Assembly (NCBI GenBank): GCA_947258495.1
Contig: CAMYIN010000172.1
Coordinates: 61 to 64,060, forward strand
Direction of reading: 5' to 3'
Length of the DNA stretch: 64,000 bases
From: an uncultured Gammaproteobacteria bacterium
GTDB taxonomy: Bacteria > Pseudomonadota > Gammaproteobacteria > Arenicellales > JAANXG01
The stretch's first letter is position 1; every line of letters begins with the position of its first letter. Under the pieces are notes generated by a model, which was not told the DNA's origin, made no database searches, and worked only from the letters and a program-made list of their open reading frames with translations. Below are positions 51,256 to 60,477 of this stretch, piece after piece. A program made the translations under genes and the position numbers.

Positions 51256-51474
51256 GTGGCGAAAGAAGACCATATTGAAATGGAGGGCACCGTTGTCGAG
51301 ACGCTGCCGAACACGCAGTTCCGCGTGGAATTGGAAAACGGGCACGTTGTCACCGCGCACATCTCGGGCAAGATGCGTAAGCACTACATTCGCATTCTGC
51401 GCGGCGACAAGGTTACAGTACAACTGACACCGTATGATCTCACCAAGGGCCGCATCGTCTATCGCAGTCGCTGA
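51256..51474 (+). CDS. infA: translation initiation factor IF-1
   Basis: 72 aa, GTG start. [47 protein letters not shown]. Confidence 0.97.
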   Translation: MAKEDHIEMEGTVVETLPNTQFRVELENGHVVTAHISGKMRKHYIRILRGDKVTVQLTPYDLTKGRIVYRSR

Positions 51475-51859
51475 GCAGCGCAGTGCGCGGCCGATATCGG
51501 CAGGCAAAAAACTATTCGCGTTCGCCGGTTCGTGGCTGCTGCCGACGGCGCTGTGGGCGGGCGAAGTGTCGGTGCTGAACGCCACAGCGTCGTGTTCCCA
51601 GGGTAGCTGCACCATTTCCGCGACGCTGAGCCACGCGGACAGCGGGTGGGACCATTACGCCGACCATTGGCGCGTGCTGGTCGAAGAGGACAAGGAGATC
51701 GGCCGTCGCGTCCTGCTCCATCCGCACGTCGAAGAACAGCCCTTTACCCGAAGTTTGGGTGGGGTGCCGATACCGCCGGGCACGACCCACGTCGAGATCG
51801 AGGCCCACGACAGCGTGCACGGCTACGGCAAACGGCGCTTTCGACTCGAATTGCGTTGA
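51434..51859 (+). CDS. hypothetical secreted protein, His-rich
   Basis: 141-aa ORF overlapping the infA 3' end. Signal-like [18 protein letters not shown]|GE. The mature part has [14 protein letters not shown]...LLHPHVEE...[10 protein letters not shown] recognise no family, and the start is uncertain. Confidence 0.4.
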   Translation: MISPRAASSIAVAEQRSARPISAGKKLFAFAGSWLLPTALWAGEVSVLNATASCSQGSCTISATLSHADSGWDHYADHWRVLVEEDKEIGRRVLLHPHVEEQPFTRSLGGVPIPPGTTHVEIEAHDSVHGYGKRRFRLELR

Positions 51860-51977
51860 TCGCGCCGCGGGACCGCGGCGCAACGGCCCTTGCCGCCCCC
51901 TCTCCGCAGCGCTGCACCGCCGCGTGCGGGTAATTTTGCCCTTGCGCTCCCCGCGGCTGGGCCTATAATGTGTGGAT

Positions 51978-51997
51978 TACTGGTAATTTATACAGCA
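51978..51997 (+). promoter_or_regulatory. LexA operator (SOS box) in the lexA promoter
   Basis: TACTGGTAATTTATACAGCA matches CTG-N10-CAG. TATAAT lies at 51964-51969 just upstream, and the lexA ATG at 52003. Confidence 0.8.
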
Positions 51998-52002
51998 CCT
52001 GC

Positions 52003-52617
52003 ATGCGCGCACTCACCTCCCGCCAGGAACAAGTACTGAACCTGATCCGCGACTTCGTCGCCGCCAACGGCATGCCGCCGACACGCACCGAAATCGCCAA
52101 AAAACTGGGGTTTCGATCCGCAAACGCCGCCGACGACCATCTACGGGCGTTGGCCAGAAAGGGCGCCATTACCCTCGTGCCCGGCGCCTCACGCGGTATC
52201 CGCTTGATCGAGCGCCACGGTCCGAGCCGCGGCCTGCCGCTGGTGGGGACCGTGGCCGCCGGCAGTCCGATTCTTTCCGAAGAACATATAGAAGATTACC
52301 TGGGCATCCGCGGCGACGTCTTTCGGCCGCGCGCCGATTACCTCTTGCGGGTGTCCGGGATGAGCATGCGGGACGCCGGGATCCTTGACGGCGATCTGCT
52401 TGCCGTGCACAAGACGCACGACGTCACCAGCGGCCAGATCGTCGTCGCGCGTGTGAATCAGGAAGTCACCGTGAAACGCTTTCGCCGCCGTAACCACCAG
52501 GTCCAGCTTCGCTCGGAGAACCCCGACTTCGCCACCATTCTGGTCGACCTGCGCTACCACAACCTGGAGATCGAAGGACTCGGTGTCGGCGTCGTTCGCA
52601 ACGGCTTGCCGATGTGA
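52003..52617 (+). CDS. lexA: SOS repressor LexA
   Basis: Internal ATG of ORF 51970..52617. [50 protein letters not shown]..., plus the S24 peptidase domain (GMSMRDAGI...VTVKR). Confidence 0.96.
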   Translation: MRALTSRQEQVLNLIRDFVAANGMPPTRTEIAKKLGFRSANAADDHLRALARKGAITLVPGASRGIRLIERHGPSRGLPLVGTVAAGSPILSEEHIEDYLGIRGDVFRPRADYLLRVSGMSMRDAGILDGDLLAVHKTHDVTSGQIVVARVNQEVTVKRFRRRNHQVQLRSENPDFATILVDLRYHNLEIEGLGVGVVRNGLPM

Positions 52618-53102
52618 TCGACGGCTCCCTCAACGAACAGCCCGGCGAAGTCTGGCCCCGGGGCACGGTTACGATCTTGGATTCGAATGCGCCCGTCCAC
52701 AGGTTGCTGTCGTTGGTCTTGCCCGCGGTCTCAAAACTCCGCAGGCGCCATCGCTGGACGGTCTGGGTGGCGCCGCCGTGCCCGCCTTCGGCACAACTGC
52801 TGGCGGACGCCGGCCTTTCGGTGTCGCGCACCCTGATGGTGTATCGTCGCGAAGGCGTCAGCGAGATCGACATGATCGAACAGGCCTTATCGAGCCGCAC
52901 GAACGACGTCGTTCTCGCCTGGCCCGCTAGCATCGGCGCCGATACGCGATCACGGCTGCGGCACGCCGCCGAACGCGGCGGCACCCGAGGCCTGCTTTTG
53001 CTCGCTGCGCCCACGGGCGCGCGAGCAACCGAACGCGTGTCGCTGCCGGGGCCGGTCTCGGCGCGCCCGAGTGAACAACTGTCTCTCGACGTCTCGTTGT
53101 GA
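52614..53102 (+). CDS. sulA: SulA-like SOS cell-division inhibitor (Pseudomonas-type)
   Basis: 162 aa, GTG overlaps the lexA stop. Collinear, from memory, with P. aeruginosa SulA (…[30 protein letters not shown]…VVLAW…). The lexA-sulA operon layout matches. Confidence 0.6.
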   Translation: MIDGSLNEQPGEVWPRGTVTILDSNAPVHRLLSLVLPAVSKLRRRHRWTVWVAPPCPPSAQLLADAGLSVSRTLMVYRREGVSEIDMIEQALSSRTNDVVLAWPASIGADTRSRLRHAAERGGTRGLLLLAAPTGARATERVSLPGPVSARPSEQLSLDVSL

Positions 53103-53240
53103 GACGCGCCGCGAATTCCTGCGCGCCGCAAGCGTCTGTTCTGATACTCGTCTGCGTCGGCCATTCGCCGTTCCGGCATGCGCGCAGACGACATGACGTC
53201 GTGGTATCCTGTTGGCGATGAACTACGCCGCTGACGACTG

Positions 53241-53786
53241 ATGGGGCATCGTTTATCCAAAATCTATACGCGAACGGGCGATCGCGGCACCACGGGGCTT
53301 GCCGACGGCAGCCGGGTAGACAAAGACGACGCCCGCATAGAGGCCATCGGCGTCGTCGATGAACTGAACAGCGCCATAGGACTACTCCTGACCGAGGATC
53401 TTCCCGGCGCGATCCGACAACGCCTGGTCTCGATCCAGCACACCTTGTTCGATCTCGGAGGCGAACTCAGTATTCCGGGTCACCGCATGGTCGCCCCGGG
53501 CAAAGTCGAGCAACTCGAGGAGTTCCTCGACGTGCTCAACGCGAAACTCGATCCGCTCAAGGAATTCATACTTCCGGGGGGCAGCCGGGCTGCCGCGCAG
53601 TGCCACGTCGCGCGCAGCGTTTGTCGACGCGCTGAACGGCGTGTCGTGTCCCTCAACAGGGCCGCCGATGACGTCTCCGAGGTTGCCACGCAATATCTGA
53701 ACCGGCTCTCCGATCTTTTATTTGTGATCGCTCGAACGCTGAACCGGGCGGCGAATCACCCGGACGTCTTCTGGTCCCGGGAATGA
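53241..53786 (+). CDS. ATP:cob(I)alamin adenosyltransferase, PduO type
   Basis: 181 aa. IYTRTGDRGTTGL...IGVVDELNSAIG...LPGGS. Confidence 0.9.
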   Translation: MGHRLSKIYTRTGDRGTTGLADGSRVDKDDARIEAIGVVDELNSAIGLLLTEDLPGAIRQRLVSIQHTLFDLGGELSIPGHRMVAPGKVEQLEEFLDVLNAKLDPLKEFILPGGSRAAAQCHVARSVCRRAERRVVSLNRAADDVSEVATQYLNRLSDLLFVIARTLNRAANHPDVFWSRE

Positions 53787-54682
53787 CTCGATCTCTGCGT
53801 GCGGGCGCCGTTCAACAACCGGCAAACCGTTTCCGCACCCAGCGCTAGCCTTGGCGTTTGCCGATCGAGGAGATCGGCGTCGACGACAAACACCTGGTTG
53901 CGCCTTGCCGCGGTCAGATCCTTCAACTGCAGCCAGCGCCGTTTGACCGCTTCCACGTCGGGGACGGTGGAGCTAATCAATATGATCTCGGCATTACGTT
54001 CCAGGACATCCTCCATGGTCACAACGGGCGCGAGCGTGCGGTAACCCGCAAACGCATTCGCTCCCCCGCACAGCCGCAGCACCTCGCTGATGATGTGCTC
54101 TCCGTTCACGGTCATGAGCGGCCGTTGCGAAATCTGGTAAAACGCGGACACCGACGCCTTATGGGCGAATCGACGCCCGAGCCGTTCCACGCGCTGCCGA
54201 AAACGCGCCGCCTGTGCCGCACCCTCCTGCGCGTGCCCGGTGATGGCTCCGAGCAGCGACAATAGGCGTTCGACGTCGGTGAACAACCGCGGTTCGGTAA
54301 CAAACAGCGGTATACCCAGGGCCTCCAATCGTTGGATCACCCGGGTACCGTTACCGCTTGACCACGCGATCACCAGATCGGGGTCGAGCGCGAGGATGCG
54401 CTCGTAATCGGCGCCCAGGGCGCTGGCGACCCGCGGCAGGAGCCTCGCCGCCTCGGGATAATCGCTGTACTGCGACACGGCGACCAATTGGGGCCCCGCA
54501 CCGACGGCGAACAACAGCTCGGTGATATTGGGCGCGAGACTGATGATGCGTTGGGGCACGCGCTTCAGCTCGACGGCCTTGCCCCGGTCATCGAGCACCA
54601 TCGAAGACTGCGCGGCCACGTCGGCGGGAGCGAACGCGAGGGTTAACAGGAGCGCGCCCGACAGGAGGGTGGACAACCGCAC
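53756..54682 (-). CDS. cobalamin/siderophore-type periplasmic binding protein (BtuF-like)
   Basis: ORF trimmed to the GTG at 54682 (VRLSTLLSGALLLTLAFAPADVAAQ signal peptide). RIISLAPNITELLFAVGAG...VAVSQYSDYP is typical of BtuF. Starts 8 nt after the ampD stop. Confidence 0.65.
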   Translation of the reverse strand: MRLSTLLSGALLLTLAFAPADVAAQSSMVLDDRGKAVELKRVPQRIISLAPNITELLFAVGAGPQLVAVSQYSDYPEAARLLPRVASALGADYERILALDPDLVIAWSSGNGTRVIQRLEALGIPLFVTEPRLFTDVERLLSLLGAITGHAQEGAAQAARFRQRVERLGRRFAHKASVSAFYQISQRPLMTVNGEHIISEVLRLCGGANAFAGYRTLAPVVTMEDVLERNAEIILISSTVPDVEAVKRRWLQLKDLTAARRNQVFVVDADLLDRQTPRLALGAETVCRLLNGARTQRSSHSRDQKTSG

Positions 54683-54689
54683 AGCGCCC

Positions 54690-55247
54690 CTACCAACGTC
54701 CAAAGGTACCGTTTCGGTAACGGTACCAGTCAAAAAACGGCCCGGGATCGGTCTTGCGCGCGGGCGCGATATCACAATGACCCACCAGGTTGCGCGCACC
54801 GATCCCCGGGTACACCGCGGTCAAGACACGGGTCAGCGCAATCAGACGGGCATATTGAACCTCCTCGAACTCCTGATCATCGGTTCCCTCCAACTCGATG
54901 CCCACGGAAAAATCGTTGACATCGCAACGCCCGTGAAAATTCGACTCACCCGCGTGCCATGCGCGTTTGTGCACCGGCACGAATTGGGTCAGCGCGCCGT
55001 TTCGGGCGATTAAAAAATGCGCGGACACCTGGAGATGGCCTATTTCCCGGAAATACTCGTGGGTCGAGACGTCCAGGCGATTGCAGAACAACGCCTCGAT
55101 GTGGCCACCGCCGAAACGCTTGGGGGGCAGGCTGATACAATGGACGACCACGGCGTCGACGCCGCAGGCCGCGGGGCGGTCGTCGAAATTCGGCGACGCT
55201 ACGAAGCACGCATCCTCGACCAGACCGGAATCCAGATTCAAGCGCAA
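54690..55247 (-). CDS. ampD: 1,6-anhydro-N-acetylmuramyl-L-alanine amidase AmpD
   Basis: 185 aa. SPNFDDRP...VVVHCISLPP...SAHFLI...RAWHAG. Confidence 0.92.
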   Translation of the reverse strand: MRLNLDSGLVEDACFVASPNFDDRPAACGVDAVVVHCISLPPKRFGGGHIEALFCNRLDVSTHEYFREIGHLQVSAHFLIARNGALTQFVPVHKRAWHAGESNFHGRCDVNDFSVGIELEGTDDQEFEEVQYARLIALTRVLTAVYPGIGARNLVGHCDIAPARKTDPGPFFDWYRYRNGTFGRW

Positions 55248-55482
55248 AGACGTCTCCTCCCCCAGGAATCGTTCAAGATTCCGGTCGCACGCGATTTCGC
55301 AACCACGCCGTCGTCGGGCCGCGACCGGATTACGCTGTAACTCATTGACTGGAAAAGCTAACCGACATATGGGCTACACTTGCCGGAAATAGACGAACGG
55401 TCCGTTTGCAACGACAAACACGCAGAAATGCCCCGCGTCGCTGACGTACCATTGACCAGGTTCTTTAACGGCTGAGGTCCAC

Positions 55483-56265
55483 ATGACCCGAACTGTACCG
55501 CGCTTCCTCCAGCGCTATAAAGGTGTCGAGGGATATTATTTCATCAACCGCAACGCGGACCTCGGCTATATCCGCGCGGCGGACGCAAAGCCGGTGAAAG
55601 AGAACTTCCCGCAACTGCACGACCGAAAGTTCATGCGTGCGCATCCGGATTTCGTCTATCAGCTGGAGACGTTCCTGCGCGATCTCCAGGAGATGTCCTA
55701 CATCTATCTCAACACCGCCGAGACCGGGATGGAACTGGGATACGTTCTCCCCACCAACGGCTCCGGTTACGAATGGAGTTCGTCGACGCTGGTCACGCAC
55801 CAGCACGTCGTCGATGCCATGCGCAAAGACGATGCGGAGGATGCATCGCCGACAACCCCCGCCCTGAACAGCGCGAGCGTCCGTCACAGCGTGTACCGCG
55901 GCCTCAACGGCCTTCACGGTCACCGGGGCCGGGAAGGCCAGTACCGATATTTCCCCGTGCTCTTTTTCCAGGGCGGCCCCCACGCGGATGGCACCGCGAC
56001 GGCGAAGACCTTAGCGCAGGTCTCCGGATTTCACGACACCAGCCTGCGGGTTTTAAACCTGCTTTGGCGGCGGCAGAAAGACGCAGGGCATATGGCAGGA
56101 TTGGACGCCATGTTCGACCTGCTTCGCGGCAACGTCAAGGCACGCAGCGCCGTTGGTGCCGGACAACCACGCCGGCCACGGCCCAGCTCCATGGACCGGG
56201 TCCTTGCCGCGCGACCGGCCGCGGCGCCGCGGGGTCCGCGCCCCCCCTCCACGCAGATCCAGTAG
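55483..56265 (+). CDS. hypothetical protein
   Basis: 260-aa ORF. The first ~200 aa look protein-like (mixed composition, aromatic-rich); the C-terminal ~50 aa are Pro/Arg/Ala-rich. No family recognised. Confidence 0.4.
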   Translation: MTRTVPRFLQRYKGVEGYYFINRNADLGYIRAADAKPVKENFPQLHDRKFMRAHPDFVYQLETFLRDLQEMSYIYLNTAETGMELGYVLPTNGSGYEWSSSTLVTHQHVVDAMRKDDAEDASPTTPALNSASVRHSVYRGLNGLHGHRGREGQYRYFPVLFFQGGPHADGTATAKTLAQVSGFHDTSLRVLNLLWRRQKDAGHMAGLDAMFDLLRGNVKARSAVGAGQPRRPRPSSMDRVLAARPAAAPRGPRPPSTQIQ

Positions 56266-56882
56266 ACCCAAGACTCCTATACACCGTCCGCGGCCGGCGG
56301 TTTCGACTGTCACTCTGCGGGCGCTTCCGCGCGCCGCCACAGCGGCGTTGCCGCGCCGCTCGTCAAGCACGATGCGCGCGCCGATTGGCGGCGGATTTGC
56401 CCATATCGCTTGATCTCGATCACGGAACTCCGTATAAGCATGCACGGTAGAATCCGATTAGGCCTTTACACCCTCGGAACGATTAACGGAAAATCCGGGG
56501 GACACACGTCCAGGAGCGCGAGTCCGCGATAAAGGAGTTGCCGCTTCGTGCGTTGGACGGCTGATTTGCGTCGCAAGCGAGTCGAAAGGAATTTTTTTGC
56601 ATCGATGACTCGAGCGCACCGTGAGGTGAAGCGCGGCGCCCCGGGGCACGACAATACAAATCGATATAAAGCTCTTGGCATCAGAGTGTTTAAGGAATTG
56701 GTGAACGTACAACTACAAATGGCGCCTTCTTACCCGGCGAAACCCGCGCAAAATCCCCAATCTCCCATCCCTTCCTCGGCGAACCAACGGCCTCTCGTCC
56801 ATGGCGGGGCATCGCCCAGGAAGCCCGCCGGTTTCAGTTTCTGCTGCGCCGGCGGTACGCGCCCAACCTGGCAGTAGACCGG

Positions 56883-58877
56883 ATGCGGGCGATCCACGTT
56901 TCAGTCTGGTTGTTATCGATCTTCCTCCTGTTCACCGGCGCTTCCGGAGGCTGGTCGGCAGACGCGCGCGCCCAGGTCACACTCAGCAAAGACAATGCTC
57001 GCGACGGCAACGAGGCGAAACCCAAGAACGAGCTGTGTCTGGGTTGTCACGGCTACGAAGGCTTCGGCGTACCCACCGGAGAGACCGGCGAACGCGCGAT
57101 GCGCAAGCTGTACGTATCGCCGGAACTGTTCAAACAGAGCGTGCACGCCAAGCGTGCGTGTGTCGACTGCCACTGGGACATACTCCAGATCCCCCATGAA
57201 AGAGGTGTGCAGCGCGAACGGGTCAACTGCATAGACTGCCATCTCAGCACCCTCGAAGCTCAGAACAAGAACGGCACCAAGGAATTCAAGCGGGTGGACA
57301 TCGTGGTGCAGAACATCGCGAGCTACACGAGCTCCGTACACGCCGAGCCGCGCGACGACGACCTCAACAGACCCAACGCCTACTGCTCGGACTGCCACAA
57401 TGCGCACACCTTTGCGCCACTGGGGACCAAACCGCGTCTGGATTTTCGTCTTTCCATCCCCGACGTGTGCGGCAAGTGTCACGCGGACATCAAAGAGGCC
57501 TATTTGACGTCGGTGCACGGTCAGGAAGTAAAACAGGAGGGAAATCCGAACGCCGCGGTGTGTGTCGATTGCCACACCACCCACGACATCGAATCCCCCG
57601 AAGCGGACAACGTGAAACTGTCCATCACCGCCAATTGCGGCAACTGTCACGGAAACCAGTTGAAGACCTACATGGGCACTTATCACGGACAGGTGACGAC
57701 ACTCGGTTACGCCTATACCGCGAAATGCTTCGACTGCCACGGACACCACGACATCGCCAGGGTCGCCGACGACACTTCGCGCGTGCACCAGAACAACCGG
57801 CTCGAGACCTGTCAGAAGTGTCACGCGGACGCCACCAAAGGCTTCATCACCTTTCATCCCCACGGCAACAGCCATGACTTCGACCGCTATCCGTACATGT
57901 GGATCGCATCGAAGTTCATGATCGCGCTGCTGGCCGGTGTATTTGCCTTCTTCTGGACGCATTCCGCGCTCTGGTTCTACCGCGAATACCGGGATCGCAA
58001 GGAGGGCAAGAACGCACCCCACGTCGATACCGAGAAACTGGGACACGAAGGCAAACGCTACATCAGGCGCTGGCCGCTGGGGTGGCGCGTAGCGCATCTG
58101 CTCCTGGCGCTGGCGGTCATGACGCTGGTGTTGACCGGCACCTCGGCGTTGTTCGCGGAGAGCGCCTGGGCGCAGACGGTGATGCAGACACTCGGCGGCC
58201 CGAGGGTGGCGGCGATACTGCACCGCATCGCGGCGCTGACGTTCATCATCCTGTTCTTCGGGCACCTGCTTTTCATGGCCTACCACATCATCAAGAGCGG
58301 CGACAAGTGGAAGTGGTTCGGGCCGAATTCACTGATTCCCAATTTCGACGATCTACGGCAGGCGTCGGCCATGTTCCGGTGGTTCTTCGGCAACGGCCCG
58401 CGACCGGTGTTCGACCGCTGGGCCTACTGGGAGAAATTCGACTATTGGGCTCCGTTCTGGGGCATGGCGATCATCGGCGTCAGCGGCGCCATGTTGTGGT
58501 TCCCGGCGGCGACCGCCTCGGTCCTGCCCGGCTGGGTCTTCAACGTCGCCACCATCATCCACGGCGAAGAGGCCTTCCTGGCCGCGGTGTTCTTGTTCTC
58601 GGTGCACTTCTTCAACTGCCATTTCAGACCGGACAAGCTGCCCCAGGACATCGTCATGTTCACCGGAGCGATGCCGCTGGAGGAATACAAGCACGAACAC
58701 ACGCTGGAATACAAACGGCTGCTCGAGAACGGGGAGTTGGACAAGTACCTCGTCGACGCACCGTCCAAACCCATGACCCTGGGCTCTCAGCTGCTGGGCG
58801 CCACGCTTATCCTGATCGGTCTGACCCTGTTGGTGCTGGTGCTGCTCGGTTTCTGGGAAAACGTTATCACCGCATGA
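56883..58877 (+). CDS. CbcL-like fusion: nine-heme periplasmic c-type cytochrome domain plus C-terminal dihaem cytochrome b (FdnI/HydC-like) membrane domain
   Basis: 664 aa with a signal peptide and nine CXXCH motifs (CLGCH, CVDCH, CIDCH, CSDCH, CGKCH, CVDCH, CGNCH, CFDCH, CQKCH). These are followed by about 5 TM helices with conserved His (RVAHLLLAL, ILHRIAAL...FFGHLLF, IIHGEEAF...SVHFFNCHF). Confidence 0.75.
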   Translation: MRAIHVSVWLLSIFLLFTGASGGWSADARAQVTLSKDNARDGNEAKPKNELCLGCHGYEGFGVPTGETGERAMRKLYVSPELFKQSVHAKRACVDCHWDILQIPHERGVQRERVNCIDCHLSTLEAQNKNGTKEFKRVDIVVQNIASYTSSVHAEPRDDDLNRPNAYCSDCHNAHTFAPLGTKPRLDFRLSIPDVCGKCHADIKEAYLTSVHGQEVKQEGNPNAAVCVDCHTTHDIESPEADNVKLSITANCGNCHGNQLKTYMGTYHGQVTTLGYAYTAKCFDCHGHHDIARVADDTSRVHQNNRLETCQKCHADATKGFITFHPHGNSHDFDRYPYMWIASKFMIALLAGVFAFFWTHSALWFYREYRDRKEGKNAPHVDTEKLGHEGKRYIRRWPLGWRVAHLLLALAVMTLVLTGTSALFAESAWAQTVMQTLGGPRVAAILHRIAALTFIILFFGHLLFMAYHIIKSGDKWKWFGPNSLIPNFDDLRQASAMFRWFFGNGPRPVFDRWAYWEKFDYWAPFWGMAIIGVSGAMLWFPAATASVLPGWVFNVATIIHGEEAFLAAVFLFSVHFFNCHFRPDKLPQDIVMFTGAMPLEEYKHEHTLEYKRLLENGELDKYLVDAPSKPMTLGSQLLGATLILIGLTLLVLVLLGFWENVITA

Positions 58878-59089
58878 GCCGCGCATTATCGAGGCGAGTA
58901 TTGATCCGCATCATTGAATTTCGACGTAACAAACGTATTCAATTCCGGTCGGACGCTATACGGGATCGTGAACCAACCCATACCTGGTTGCACTCTCGTG
59001 CGCCTGCGATACAGTTGCATAGCGGCCGCCGCCGCGGGTGGAAGGCGGCACCGCGTGATGTCAAGAGAATAGTTCCTTGAGGTAATTTT

Positions 59090-60205
59090 ATGAGAAAGCT
59101 CGCGTTACTGTTTCCGTTGATTCCGATCATGTTGACCGCCTGCGGGGAAGAGCAGCAAGTCCAGCCGCCCAAAGCGGATATTGCGGCCGGTAAAGCCACG
59201 GCACAAGCGGAATGCGCCGGCTGCCACGGTTTGGATGGGAAAGGCGTGGCGCCGGGCATTCCGAATCTGGCGGCGCAGAACGAGGACTACCTGCACGAGT
59301 CGCTGATGGCGTACAAGGAGGGGAAAAGGACCCACGCCGCACTGCGCGATCTCACCAGCCATATGAGCGACCAAGGGCTTCGCGACGTCGCCGCGTTTTA
59401 CGCAAGTCTGCCGCCGGTGCAGACGGACCAGACGACAAAGGCGATTACGCTTTCGCCCTACGAGAAAGGCAAGGCCTTGTCGGCGTCCTGCGCAAGTTGC
59501 CACGGCGAAGACGGCAACACCACACGACCCGGCATGCCCAGCCTGGCGGGACAGCAACCGCTTTATTTCGTGTCGGCGCTGCAGGCCTATCTGCACGGCG
59601 CGCGACATATCGCCACCATGGAGGAATCCCTGCGCGGCCTGAACCGGATCGACATGGAAAATCTGGCGGTCTACTACGCTTCCCAGACCCCGGTGCGCCG
59701 CGGAGCCCCCACCGTGGGCGACCCCGCCAAGGGGGAGCCGCTCACCGCCCGCTGCGGCGGCTGCCACGGAGCGCACGGCGTGAGCCACGACGCGTCGACG
59801 CCGACTCTGGCGGGCCAGGACGCGGAGTATCTCGTCAGCGCCATAAAAGCCTACCGGGACCAGACCCGGCAGCACGAGATCATGCTCTCCGGCAATACGG
59901 ACGAAGAAATCGCGGACATCGCCGCGTTTTACGCGGTGCAGGAGTCGAAGGCGGCCGAACGCGGGGCGACGACGGTGAAGGAACTGTCGGATAAATGCGA
60001 TCGCTGCCACGCTGTCGGCGTCGAGAACCCGGCGATGGCGATCCCCAAGATACAGGGACAGGACCGGGACTATCTTATCAAGGCCATGCGCGCGTACCGC
60101 GACGGCAAACGCGGAAGCTCTCTCATGCATAATATGAGCTTGCCCTACAGCGAGGCCGTCATCGAGAGCGTCGCCTCGTTGTACGCGAACCAATCCGCGA
60201 GATAG
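59090..60205 (+). CDS. tetrahaem class-I c-type cytochrome lipoprotein (two tandem cytochrome c4-like units)
   Basis: 371 aa. Lipobox LTAC and four CXXCH motifs (CAGCH, CASCH, CGGCH, CDRCH), each followed by P.LAGQ...Y as in c4-type domains. Confidence 0.8.
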   Translation: MRKLALLFPLIPIMLTACGEEQQVQPPKADIAAGKATAQAECAGCHGLDGKGVAPGIPNLAAQNEDYLHESLMAYKEGKRTHAALRDLTSHMSDQGLRDVAAFYASLPPVQTDQTTKAITLSPYEKGKALSASCASCHGEDGNTTRPGMPSLAGQQPLYFVSALQAYLHGARHIATMEESLRGLNRIDMENLAVYYASQTPVRRGAPTVGDPAKGEPLTARCGGCHGAHGVSHDASTPTLAGQDAEYLVSAIKAYRDQTRQHEIMLSGNTDEEIADIAAFYAVQESKAAERGATTVKELSDKCDRCHAVGVENPAMAIPKIQGQDRDYLIKAMRAYRDGKRGSSLMHNMSLPYSEAVIESVASLYANQSAR

Positions 60206-60477
60206 CACTCGCCGCTCCATGCAGGATCGATCCCGATTCAGCGGCGCGAGTCTCAGGGTGCCGACGGGCGGAGTACGATGTTGACATGCGCCGACGAATC
60301 GGCGCCGGCGGACCACGGCTGCGCGTCGGGTCGCCCGTGATACACCATGAGAGGGAACGATCCGGCAAGCAGGACGGGCTACGACCTGCGTGGAGAAGGG
60401 ACGCCGACCAGCGTTGCAGAAATGCGGCCGCCTGCAACGGTATGGGGCCGTAAACGGATGGTCGCGGAGTACAGAGC

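Noticed and set aside
53103-53240. Looked for a cobalamin riboswitch upstream of the PduO-type adenosyltransferase, and on the other strand ahead of the BtuF-like gene.
   Set aside because: I could not find the conserved B12-box-like core (…GCCACTG…) or a suitably long leader. The BtuF-like gene starts 8 nt after ampD with no leader at all.
56266-56882. Tried to match the long intergenic region to a known housekeeping ncRNA (6S, 4.5S/SRP, tmRNA, RNase P).
   Set aside because: None of the signature sequences I remember for these RNAs is present. It is kept only as an unexplained gap in the findings.
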